Assembly: GCF_009914755.1 (NCBI RefSeq)
Contig: NC_060934.1
DNA: 64,000 nucleotides
Origin: the human T2T-CHM13v2.0 reference genome, Homo sapiens
Direction: 5' to 3' (one strand)
Shown: in pieces, positions 14,851 to 26,825 of the stretch
Numbering within the stretch: the first letter of the stretch is position 1
How the letters are laid out: each line of letters opens with the position of its first letter
The notes under the pieces: model-generated
The model's input: only the letters and a program-made list of their open reading frames with translations
Told to the model about the DNA's origin: nothing
The model's database searches: none
Made by a program: the position numbers and the translations under genes

Positions 14851-17251
14851 TGATTGATTGAAGCTGATATTCCTTAATTTTCTACCATTCCATTATCATT
14901 ATTGTCATTCAGGTTACTAGAGAACTAGCTATTAGATTCAGAGCCATTGCCCACACCTTAAATGATCAATAGTATCCTGGAGAAGTGATGCAGACACCTG
15001 AATACTTTGGTAGGCATGAAGTAAATGTCAAGCAATGTGAATAAAATAGTTAATGTAAATTCATAAGTCATTTTTGCCAGGTGGCAATTGAACCTGGTTT
15101 TATAGATTATTTACTCCTTGTAGGATGATGGCTCAAAAGGCATTCGGGTGGTGGTGGTTGTTCGGGAAAGTCAGATATTTAGCTTATTTACAGAATGACA
15201 AGCAGACATATTTGGCTGGAATGCAGAATTCATGGAATTGTATATTTGGACGTTGGCTTAAAATTAAGTGGCTTGGGGCCAAATTGTGGAGGACTTTGTG
15301 ATATCTGATTTCTTAAGAAAATACTATCTCCAGGTCTCTCATCAATACCAGTCTGGCTGTCACTTTTCTGTGGACTAGTTTATCTTGTAGGCCAATGAAA
15401 CTTGAGCTATAGAATGGCACACACATGCATCCAACAAAATGGGACCAGGGCCTCTTCCCCTCTCTCTAAATTTTTATTTCTCTACCACCATTTGCTGGGA
15501 TTTTTTTTTTTTTTTTGGATATTTTGATAGTGAGCTTTAGGTAAGTTTAAAGGAAAAGATGAAGTTAGTTGAATTTCCCTTAAAATACCAGCAGAAATAA
15601 AGCAAGGAGACAGCAGCTGTGAAAACATACACCAAACATCTCAGTTATGGTCTTATCATGCTAGCTTCAGTGCAGGCTCACAGTGTGTGCTTCTGTTTCC
15701 ATGGTTACCTGCTAGGCAGCAGAATCCCCCAGGTTGGTATGCTATAGAGTCAGGATTTTTCATGGAAAGGAAATTCAAGTCTTTTCAGAGTGAAGTTAAT
15801 AGTTTTCTTTTCTTTTTTTTTTTTTTTTAAAGCAGATGGGTTATACATGTTTTAAAAATAAAAATGGTTACTGCAGGTTTGATTTCCAAACTGTAAGTGA
15901 AGCCAGACTTTAAGGCAGTGTTTTAATGGTTTGGAAATTCTAGTTTTCAAATGGTTTCTCCTAGATGGTTCCCGTGACAACAAAACTTAAGCAGGTATCG
16001 AGTATCATCTTTGCTGTGAAATATTCATGCCACAAAAATTCCTTTCATTTTTAATTCCACGCTAATGAACTAAGGCAGAAGAAGTTAGCTTATTCAAGGA
16101 CAAATGGACAAATATTTCAAAATCATTGTTGAGCTTAATAAAATTGCAATTCTAAGTGAGCTTTTAAAAAATTGAATGATGATATCATACTTTATTATAT
16201 TCTTAAATTGATGTTTTGTTCCCTTGAAACAAGTATTATTTCAATTGCTACCTGGAAAAAATAGTATTGTTTTATGATAGAAAAATTTGAATTTCATAGT
16301 TGTAGCAGAAGATTGCTGTTTTAATAATGCCTATTTTGTAGTGTAGTTAAAAAGCTCTCTCAGTGTTTTGGCATATATCTTTCCCCACTCAATTTTTCTT
16401 CCAAAGAAAAATTTTATTGTTAAGCTAATACTTGATAAAGCCATTCATTTGTTAAAAGATATGATTTTTTAAAAAAAAATAGCTTTCATGCATGCATTTT
16501 AAAACTTTGTTAAAAAATTAGAATGAGGTGCCATTTAAAGAATAAGCTTCTAATTCATTAATAAAAATTCATTAATATTTTTTAATTTTAAAAAGAATAA
16601 TTTTTTCAAAAGTGACAATTATTCTTTATTTGTTGTTTAATATTTTATTTTATTAGCCATTGAAGAGGAAGCATAAAATCTTACATTCCATGATGAAACT
16701 TTTATGATTTGACATCTTTATCCTTGAGATTTGCTGATGAGACCCCCTTTATCAAATTCAGATGTCTCTCTCTGATATTCAGTACAATATCTGCCTCTGG
16801 ACCAGGGTTCAAGGAAAAGGATGGATACAGGAGGTCATTGTGAAGATACTGGGTAATAGAGAACATCTGGAGGTGATCAGAGATAGCCTTATAGGAACTG
16901 AACCATAGAAAGGAAGTTCATTACAGCAAATGGATGAAGTTGATGGTCCAGAAGAAATGAGAAAGATTGACCCATGTTGAGAGTTCTTATAAGAGTGTTT
17001 TTATTTGGGCTACTTCTGCAGATTCAGTCAGGCCTTAAATTAGATTTTCTATCTCCTGTTATGACCCTGTTCTGCTACATTCACATTCTTGATTAAATGT
17101 TATAGTAAATAACTTTATTTCCTTTAACCACATGATGACTCTAATCTTCTAAAGACTTTCCATCACAAAACTTCAACTTTTAACCACAGGTTATGGCTGT
17201 CCGTAAAGTATTTTTCAGTAATTTTCAGTCTTTCACATCATAAAGTCCTGG

Positions 17252-17425
17252 CTTAGGGGATTGGGCTCTGGAACTTGACTAACTGGGTTGAATGCTGGTT
17301 CCGCCACTTATTGGCTCTGTGACATTGGACAAGTTAATAACTTGTCACAGTATCTTCAACTGTGAGATGGGAATGATAATAATAATCCCTCACAGGATTA
17401 TGCAGGAATTAATATATCAGAAATA
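17252..17425 (+). mobile_element. MIR
   Basis: ctgggttgaatgctggttccgccacttattggctctgtgacattggacaagtta. Confidence 0.75.
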
Positions 17426-17428
17426 TCT

Positions 17429-17925
17429 AGTGTTAGTTTTCTATTGCTCTAACAACTGACCACAAACTTAGCTGGCTTAATACAGACACAAATTTATTAT
17501 CCTATATTTTTGTAGGTCAGAATTCCAGCAGTCATATCACTGGGCTAAAGTCAAGGTGAAAGCAGAACCATGTTCCCTTCTGGAGACTGAGAATTTGTTT
17601 CCTTGCCTTTCCAGCTCTAAGAGCCCCCCACCGCCCCCCCCCCCCACATTTTTTTCTGATGGCTCCATTCCTCTGTTTTCAAAGCCTTTTCTTCTGTAGT
17701 CACATCTCTCTCTGCTTCTTCTGCCTCCCTCTTCCACCTTTAAGGAGCCTTATGATTACATTAGGGCCACAGATAACAATTAGATAACTTTTTATTTTGA
17801 GATCAGCTAACTTTTTATTTTGAGATCAGCTGATTAGCAACCTTAATTACCTTTTGCCGTGTAGCCTAACACAGGATTTAAGGGTTAGGATGTGGAGATC
17901 TTTGGGGGATCATTGTTCTGTCTGA
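17429..17925 (-). mobile_element. MLT1 solo LTR (MLT1C/D-like)
   Basis: ttagttttctattgctctaacaactgaccacaaacttagctggcttaa...gggttaggatgtggagatctttgggg. Confidence 0.75.
17785..17830. repeat. Perfect 2 x 23-bp tandem duplication
   Basis: taactttttattttgagatcagc repeated twice with no mismatch. Confidence 0.97.
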
Positions 17926-19504
17926 TTTGTGTTTTTACCTCATGCTATCCTATTATAGGGTAGATATTTGTATATTTCTGCAATTCTAATATTCTATCTA
18001 TTTTGGAGCATATATATTACCACAGGCAGATGAGAGAGGTTGAAGGAAGGGAGAAGTAGGAAGAATTATGTCCTGGTATTATTTTTTGCAGCCACAAAGA
18101 AGTAATTTATTTGTCATATTTTTGTAGCAATCCAAATTGGCCTTCCCATTTGGTTAGTGCCTCTGAAGTTTGCTAAAAGCAGTTATAACGATGTGGACAG
18201 AATTTAATCTACTTAGCTTTGAGACATCTTTTTCCTACTGAAACTTTATTTTGCTTACATCTATAAAGTATGGCCTAACTACATCAAATATTACAATTTA
18301 GGGTGAGCAAAGACTTAAAACAATGTATTAATATTTGTGAAGTGCCTCAGCATTTACAAATGTTTTCATAAAAATTATTTTATGTAGCCTGTCAGCATTT
18401 GGAGAACTAAAGCAGCTCAGCTCTTTCAGACAACAAGGTGTCTCTGAATATTTGCTCCCTCATTGCTTCTGCCAAAGAGGACAGGGGTAAGAAAAACACC
18501 TACCTTCTTCCTTAATTAAAATTTGGCAGTGGTATGATTGGTAAGAAGGGGGAAAATGATTGAGGAGGTGAGTTCTCAGTTTCATAGCTGAGCAAACTAA
18601 GGTGAGAAACACTAAGGCTGCTCATTGCTATGGCTGAGTTTCTATCCCAGACTGGTTACCTTTGTCCTTGGTGTGAATCAGTTTGCAGGAGTAGGCTAGG
18701 AGAGGCATTCTTTCCTTTTCCTAAAGCAGAGCATGAATACAGGTATTCATTAAGCCATTGTTTCCTAGCTGGGTGTTCATCTACTGGCATTGTCAATGAT
18801 TGCATATAACAAAAAGGGAATGGAGAGAAAAATCTGTTCTGAGTTCACAAAACTCACTGAAGAAAAAATGTAAAGTCAGCTGATATGTCAACAGCAGGGA
18901 AATAATTCATTGTCTCTTAGAAAAGCGAATGCCAATAACAATAGCCATGATTCTGGCAACAGAGTAGTACTTCAGAGGGTCACTTTCAGCTCTTGGCTTT
19001 CTCCTTTCCCTCCATTTCCAAAGGACATTCTCCCCAGCAACAGAAACCAAGTGATTTATCATGGCTCATGTCAGCTGCTGAGGTTCACGGGACCACACAG
19101 AGTGGTTGGTCAGCCAGGTCTGTCTTTCCATGGCTGTTATTACAAAGGAAGTATTCTTTTATAAAAAGAGAAATATAAAGTGATATATTTGTTTGTTATT
19201 AAAGCCTTTTTGGATGCCTTAGAGAAGATTAGCTTCAGCTCCAGGGTGCCAGAGTAAACTTGCATTTGATAAAGCCATGGTCATTTCTACTGCTGTCTTT
19301 ATTGCACCCAAATCTTATAAGGTAAAAGATGTGAAGAAGACAGCCTTTCCTTAATTGTCCATTTTGATTATATCTTTGTATTTAAAAAAATACAGAAATG
19401 AACTTTAAGACCAACTTAAATAAATAAGCAAATAAATGATGTAAGAGATAAGTATGCAGAAATAGTTATTCATTTCTTAGGGGTTTATACATTTTATTTA
19501 TACC

Positions 19505-19690
19505 TATTATTATTTTTGATTGAAAAATTATCGTATACATTTATGGGGTACAATGTGATGATGTTTTGATATATGTATATGATGTGGAATGATTAAATCA
19601 AACTAACATGTCTATCACTTCATTTACCTATCATTTTTTATGGTGAGACATTTGAAATTTACTCTTTCAGTTATTTTAAAATATACATTA
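19505..19690 (-). mobile_element. L1MA/MB 3' end fragment
   Basis: atttatggggtacaatgtgatg...ggtgagacatttgaaatttactct resembles an L1MA 3' UTR. Confidence 0.7.
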
Positions 19691-19838
19691 TGGAGTATAT
19701 ACCTTAGATAACATAAACCTTTATATGCTCTTTCTAAAAATGGCTATTTGAAACCCTGTGTATAGCCTTTTGTCTGTATCTGTCAACTTAGTTTTTAAAT
19801 ATAAAACCAATAATAGTTGTTAGCTCTCTTGCTTTCAT

Positions 19839-20062
19839 CAGGGATTGGCAAACCACATTTCACAGGCCAAATCTGGCCAGCTGCCTGTGTTTGTAAATAA
19901 AAAGTTTTATTGGAATACAGCCTCATCCATCATTTACATATGGTCTTTGTATGCTTTCGTGTTACGGAGGCAGAGTTGACTAGCTAAAGCCAAGTCCAAA
20001 TGGCCTACAAAGCCTAAAATATTTACTATCTGGCCCTTGCAGAAAAAACTTTGACAGCTGCC
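19839..20062 (+). mobile_element. MER58A (hAT-Charlie MITE)
   Basis: cagggattggcaaac...ggccaaatctggcc...gtaaataaaaagttttattggaa...aagcctaaaatatttactatctggccctt. Confidence 0.88.
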
Positions 20063-20224
20063 AGACAGGTAAGTTACATTATATCATACTAGGTGATGTG
20101 GGTTCAAAAATTATTTAAGACTTAGTCTTTAATAGTTTATAATGTAGCTGGATAAAAGACATACCAAAGTTTAAGTGATAATACAAGTCAGTTTTAAATT
20201 TATGTTTTCATTGTCTCAAATCGA

Positions 20225-20345
20225 GTGACTTTTGAGAGTGTCCTATATGCCAGGCAGTGTTCTAGGGACTGGGATGTAGATGTAAAGAACACAGAATTTT
20301 TGCCTTCATGGAGCTTATAACCTAGTGGATCAGGCAGATAATAAA
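20225..20345 (-). mobile_element. L2 3' fragment
   Basis: cctatatgccaggcagtgttctagggactggg...gccttcatggagcttata. Confidence 0.65.
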
Positions 20346-20743
20346 GAAAGAATATATAGTATAATGCTATACTATACATTCTTGATACATTGAGATTTAG
20401 CCCAGGTCACATTAATAGTCTTGTCTGCCTTTAGCAATAAATTGGTTACTTTTCCTAAATATCTTTTTCTCCAGTAAGATTCATATGAAAAAGTGGTGGG
20501 GGGTGGGGAGAATGAAAATACCTCAAACCAGTCATTGTTTCTCTAACTTTGTACACGTGGTTCAGAATTCGATTTTTATCTTGACGTAGGGTGGAAAATA
20601 TTATAAACCTGTTCGGTATAGTAGAAGAATATTTGATTGGGAAACAGGAAACCTGTATCTTAGCCCTAGTTTAGTCTCTTCGGGCTGAGTGGGCTTGTAA
20701 AGATTCTTAACTTCTCCGGAGCATGTAGGGTATTGTACTCGGT

Positions 20744-20914
20744 CAGTATTTCTCAAACTCGAATGTTCGTCAGAATCACTTGGAGAGTTTCACATTTTTG
20801 AGCCCTGCCCCCTGAGACTCTAACTAAGTGGGGCCTGAGAAATTTCATTTCCAGTGAGTTCCCAGGTGAGGCAGCTGCTGCTGCTGTTTTGGGAACCTGC
20901 TTAGAGAAGGATTG
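20744..20914. mobile_element. MER5A (hAT-Charlie)
   Basis: cagtatttctcaaact...cagaatcacttggagag...ggggcctgaga...ttcccaggtga. Confidence 0.75.
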
Positions 20915-22378
20915 CACTCCATCATTGTGGAGGTCCTTCCAGTTTCTCCATTATTTTTAAACTCCCTGGAGAAGCTTTACAGCTCTTTGAGCTTGCCTAG
21001 GAAGATTCCACTAAATAATGGTTTGGTTAAGTTGTCTACTTAATACTCAGGGCTATTTGCTGAGGAAGAGATTTCAAAGACATAAGAGTTTTTAAACACT
21101 TGCTTATGGTCACATGGATTGATATTCATTTAATTGATATTATGTGGTTTCTTTGGGAAAATTAATGTTTGCTAATTCTAAGGGCAGAGACTATTGTTCA
21201 TGATTTCTTCTTTGTATCCTGAGTCCATGGTATGCATTAGATGCTCAATACTGATCTGTTTAATTGATCTAAACTTAGAGAAGCACAGAATACTTCTGAA
21301 GGTCATCTTCCTGAGTTCCTGTTGGGTTTCTGTTATGCTCTATTTAGAATTAAGAATCATGAACTCTACTGGCTGTCAAAACTATACGCATTATTGTATT
21401 TTTGCAATGTGTATTGGTATTATTTCTATAGAAATTCCAGTAAGAACTTCATATTGATATTCAGTCTGTCTCCTCCTTTGAGTCTGAATATACAGCAAAA
21501 TAAGCAGAAACAAGACAAACAGTATAATAAATAAAAGTTATCCACATTTTCTGTTACATATAATGTATCCACTTAATTTCGTATAATTCAGATGTTTTTG
21601 TTCAAATGTGACTTCTACAGAGCATCTCTTAAAACTGTAATGTTATTAAAATAGGTTTAAAAAGTAGATACTGATTTCAACCTGTTTCTCAAATGCCCAC
21701 TGTGGATCTACAAAGATGCATAAGATAAAATTTCTGCCATTAAGTGCCCTCCAGACCCTTAGTTGAATAAATCAAGGATTGAAGAAATGTCCAAGGAGCC
21801 AGGCACCCAGTGCTTCAAAGTTGGGATTTTTATGACTTTTTAAAATGTTGGCTCAAGTTAAAAATAATCAAAAATGAAAACAGTGTGGATCAACAAAACC
21901 TAGAGTTAGTTACCAGCTGAATTCTAACATCAAGCCTTCAGTTTATAAGTTTTGAAACATGGATGCACAGACATAATATTTGGGGATGTTTCATATGATC
22001 TGGAGTGAGAACAAATCTAAGTGCAGAGATTAGAAAAAGTTGCTTAGAGGACCTGGTGTTTGACATGGACTTTGAAGGATAAATAAAGACTCTAGAGCAA
22101 AATCTAGAGCAATGTGAGGATAATGAGTCCTAGCAGAAACAGACCATGAGAAACTTCTAAGGCAAGTAGATGGAGTCAATGTTCAGGGCATTGTGAATAG
22201 TTTATTGCTCACAGCAGGAGTAGAAAAATGGTAGCGAGTGAGAGAGAAGACTGTTAAGTGTAGTTGGGATTCTACTGTGTGGACCCATGATGGCCAGTTG
22301 AAAGTTTTATACTCAGTGTGTTAGGCAACTTCAATCACCAGCCATAGACAAGCATTATTAATCTGGATTATATTTATA

Positions 22379-22685
22379 CCCTATTTCATCAAATCTAAAA
22401 TGCCATTGATTGTTAGAAACATATAACCACTAAGGAAGAAAAAAAATGCCACTGTTAAACTATGACAGAATGCTGTGTTGTCATTTGGAATTATTTTAAG
22501 TTCATAAGAACTCTAAGATTTGTTTTGACACAAGAAATAACGAACCTTTGTGTCCCAGTTTGTGCTTGCATATAGATCTATGTTATGACCGCTACCAGAC
22601 CACTAGCTATTGCAGCTATCAGTTTGAAGATGCATCACCACTTCATAGAAGTTGAAAGGTGCATCCTACAGTCAATAAAATATGA
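22379..22685. mobile_element. TcMar-Tc2 element (Kanga1/MER104-like)
   Basis: TA-flanked degenerate TIRs: ccctatttcatcaaatctaa ... tacagtcaataaaatatga. Confidence 0.55.
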
Positions 22686-24804
22686 TAGGTGAAAAAGTCT
22701 ACATGTTGGATATTATACATAATGGATTGAGTGGAAGATTTTTTAAACAAAATGCCTCCCATCTAGGTCATAATTACCATTATAATCCAGCTATTACCAT
22801 TTTCAAGTGAAAAGCTTGTTAATTGTGACTTAATGTTCCAGAAATCGGAAACCTGCTTTTTAATTGGAATCAGTCTTTACTCTCTTGAAGCCACGAATAT
22901 TTTCTTACCTGAAGGGTGCTCATTGAAAACAGCTGATTCCTATTTCGTGTTTGTGTTCTTCCTTGGGAAAGTCTTTTGCATCCCAAGCTTTGTTTTTCTT
23001 TTTCTCTTTCTCTGTTAAAAAATGTTAAGATTTTATGAAACGGAAGAACAGCCCTAGGGAATAAACTCTTAATCACAGAGCTGATTGAGTGGGTTTGAAA
23101 CAGAAGATGCACACACCCAAATCAATAGCCATAGAAGGATAGCAGTTCTGCAAGTCTCCAGTAACTATTCTTAATTCAGAAAAGCCAGGAAAGGTCACAG
23201 GCTCCAAATAAATAAGGTTGTTTTTCTTGCTCCTTTAGTGTTTTGTTTTTAAATCACCCATGCCTGTAACTTAACTGAAACGTTCCTTTTTATTTCTATA
23301 CTACTAAAGTGATTCTAATATAAATGGTACAGTTGTTGAAACACTGATCACTGCCATTTCTTAAGGTTTTGATGTGGTGTTTCTGACTGGTGTCAGCCTA
23401 CCATGCTATCCTTTTTGAGATGTTACTAATAAATATTTGTAATAAAATATAAATGTTAAAAACTATCAGCTGTTAATTTCCTTAAAACCTAATGAAGTCC
23501 TTTATTAATAATACCTGGGATATGTTTTGTATTTAGGAAGTAACGTGCCCAGTGGGAACTATTTCATTTGTTCTCTCTGTGTGTTAGGGATGTCTAACTT
23601 TATCTGTTGAGATGCAAAATATTTCACTGTTAAGCAGATAATATTACTGGAGAAGAATAATTTAACATCCAGGAAATGTTATAGCCCAAAATATAACTGT
23701 TTCTTACTGCTAGTCAAAATACATATTCTGCTTTTATATTTTAATTTTTTCTTTATTGAACCATTAAAAACTTCAAATTTTGTTTAGGAGAGACAAACTT
23801 TAATTTAACTTCTTTGTATTTTTAAAGTGCCTGAAGCATATATCCATTCACATGTAGGTTTGGAACCAAAAACCACAGGCTCAATATTTTTAGGGAATCT
23901 AATGCATTTGGAAATTGAGACTGTACATATAACATACCTATAGGGTGCATTTATTTTTTTCCAGAAAACCAAGTTTAATAATGTGTTAAGATGAAAACAA
24001 GCCTCCCTTTCTGTTATAACCTTCTCTACAGTATACCTCACTATGATTTCACATGAGCTATTGAACTTCTACAGTTTTTCTTATTTTTAGACATAAAATT
24101 GGATGTTGTATGCATTTTTAAAATATCTCTTCAGCTAAGGAGAGAATGTGGAAAAAACAAAGAGCAAACCCACTTTGCTATAATTATATTGCTGAATCTA
24201 AAGGATTTTTCACTGGCACCGCAAAGTGTAAAAGAGCCTCACAGTGTGACATTTGTGCTGTTGTGGAGTTGACCTAAGTATATAAATCTAGGTTTTTGTC
24301 ATCAGCGCGTATTGATGGCATTTTAAATATATTGGCATGCAGTTCTCTGATATTAGGCATGCCCAGGGATAGAGTTTGAGTATCTGCTTGCAAAACGTCT
24401 CAGTAGAAGGATCTAATTCTCTGGCACAATTGCAAGATTTGGGCCTTCCTGAACAATCCTACTGTCTGTCTGGGGCTGATTCTTCGGAATGCCATCAGAA
24501 CCTGGGTTAGCAGCAGTTGAACCAGGGCTCAATAATGGGTGAAGAGAGAAAGAACAATTTTCTTTTAGCATCTTTATCCTACTTGGCTGCTAGGCTGCTG
24601 TCTTTCTTCTCATTTCTCTTCTTCCTGAATCTTCTTCTGATCCCATCTCCTTAGTTGAGTATCTTAGAGGCACCATTGATTCTAGAAATAGTTTTGATTA
24701 TTTTCAAGAGCACATCTGCCCTGAATGCTAAAGGACATTTCAAAACCATAGTGGTGGGCAATGTTTTGTTACTTTGGGTATACAGCATTTACTTTACCAT
24801 GCAC

Positions 24805-25080
24805 TTTCATTCGTGGCTGCAAAGAACAGAAAACCCAACCAGTAGTAGCTTCCAAGAGCAAAGGTGAATTTTCCCACTTAGCACAAAAGGTCTGGAGGTC
24901 AGCAGTGCAGGCTGGTTCCATTGACTGATGATGCAGGTGACCAGGGACCGAGGTGCCTGCTCTCTAGAGAGCTGTGCTGGCTTTCTTTATGCTTCCCATA
25001 AAGAAAATGTGGTCACAACTTTGTAGCTGCATCTGAGTAATCAGGAAAAAGTGGGGCGATTGAAGGGCTGCAGGGTGTTC
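24805..25080 (-). mobile_element. Old MLT1-type LTR fragment
   Basis: ggctgcaaagaacagaaaacccaac...aggtctggaggtcagcagtgcaggctgg resembles MLT1J/K/L. Confidence 0.45.
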
Positions 25081-25176
25081 CACTCTTCCTTCCTCTGCAA
25101 ATGGGTATTTACACTGCCTCTGCTGGGCTCCCCAAAGCCTAGTGTCTCAAAGTCAACTTAATATTTTTCTATTTGA

Positions 25177-25500
<324 letters not shown>

Positions 25501-25509
25501 AGTTTACCT

Positions 25510-25640
25510 TTCTTATGTAGACCTTTGATCCATCTGGAATATGTTTTTGTATATGATGAGAGGGATCCAATTTTTTTCCACAAGATGAGTCAGTTTTCCC
25601 AGCATCAGTTTCTAGATAATCTGTCCTTTCTCACAGGCTT
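25510..25640 (-). mobile_element. Old L1M ORF2 fragment
   Basis: ttgatccatctggaa...tttttgtatatg...agggatccaatt...cagttttcccagcatc parallels the L1PA sequence at about 10270-10370. Confidence 0.65.
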
Positions 25641-26785
25641 ATGATGCCACTTCTCTGCATCGGCCACACCTGCTTTCTTTATGATGCCACTTGTTAGCTA
25701 AGTTGGAAAACACACACACAGACACACACACACACACAGTCTCTTTTCTCTCTTTCTTTTTCTTCATCCCTCCTTTATATTTTTCTGGAATTTCTATTCT
25801 TTTCCATTTTTCTCTTACACTTTGTAATATACCTTGATATATGCTGGACAAAGGCCCTTTTTGCCTTGCCTTGCCATTTTTCCCTATTCCGTACTATATC
25901 ATTTGTCCTGTTTCATTTTTCTTCCCCCCCTTTACTTTTCTTCTCTTTTTCTTCTTAAAATTGACAGTAGATGATATCTCTGCATACTCACCATATGATA
26001 GGACTTAATTTTTGTGTTTCTCTTTCATTGACCACCAACTGTAAAGCAAATTTTGAGGTATTAGGTGTATAAAAAGGCTACATTCAGCAATAACAGCCTA
26101 AAAACAGCATACTGTGTGTTTCTAAAAACTGTATGTTTTTGGCCACTACAGAAATTTTGGGTTTGTTTTGTTTTGCTTTGGTTTTGACTGCCAGATGGAG
26201 CAAAGTGTTCATGTACAGCTCAAACATAGCTCTGTATAATGTTGCCTTTTTTTACTCTTGTCTCCTTACAGTCATTATCTGACTAAAAGTAATTAGTGTG
26301 TTGGAAATTTAGAGTGAATAACTTTGAGAGGAAGCACTTATTTTCTTTTATTGCAAGTAAAAGATGTTTTTTGATTCAGTTGAATAGTACTTGAAAGACT
26401 GAACGAATGTAGCAAATTCTGTCAGCAAACTGGATAATCCAAAAGTTGAAAATGTGGGGGTCTGCAAAAATCAGTTACAGAAGATTAAAGTACCTTTGGT
26501 AGCACATTATTAAGAAAATCCACAGCTGTTTTAAAGTGGGTGTTTCCTCATGGAGAAAAGTCTAAAGTCTCTTGCAGTTACATTCTGATTTCTTCGTAGC
26601 TTGCCAAAGGTTGGCAACCTCTGCTCAGTACATGCCTCACACGGCAGGGAGCAGGAGTGTCTCATCATTTCTGGGGTGGGTGGTCTCCTTGGGGGAGCCC
26701 AGGGATGCCTTATGCATGGCTGAGAAATTTTCTTTCTGTGGCCCTCTGTACTGTATGGGCTTTAGGGACAAACCTGTGAGGGGGG

Positions 26786-26787
26786 GT

Positions 26788-26821
<34 letters not shown>
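26786..26821. repeat. (TG)n microsatellite
   Basis: Directly visible. Confidence 0.95.
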
Positions 26822-26825
<4 letters not shown>

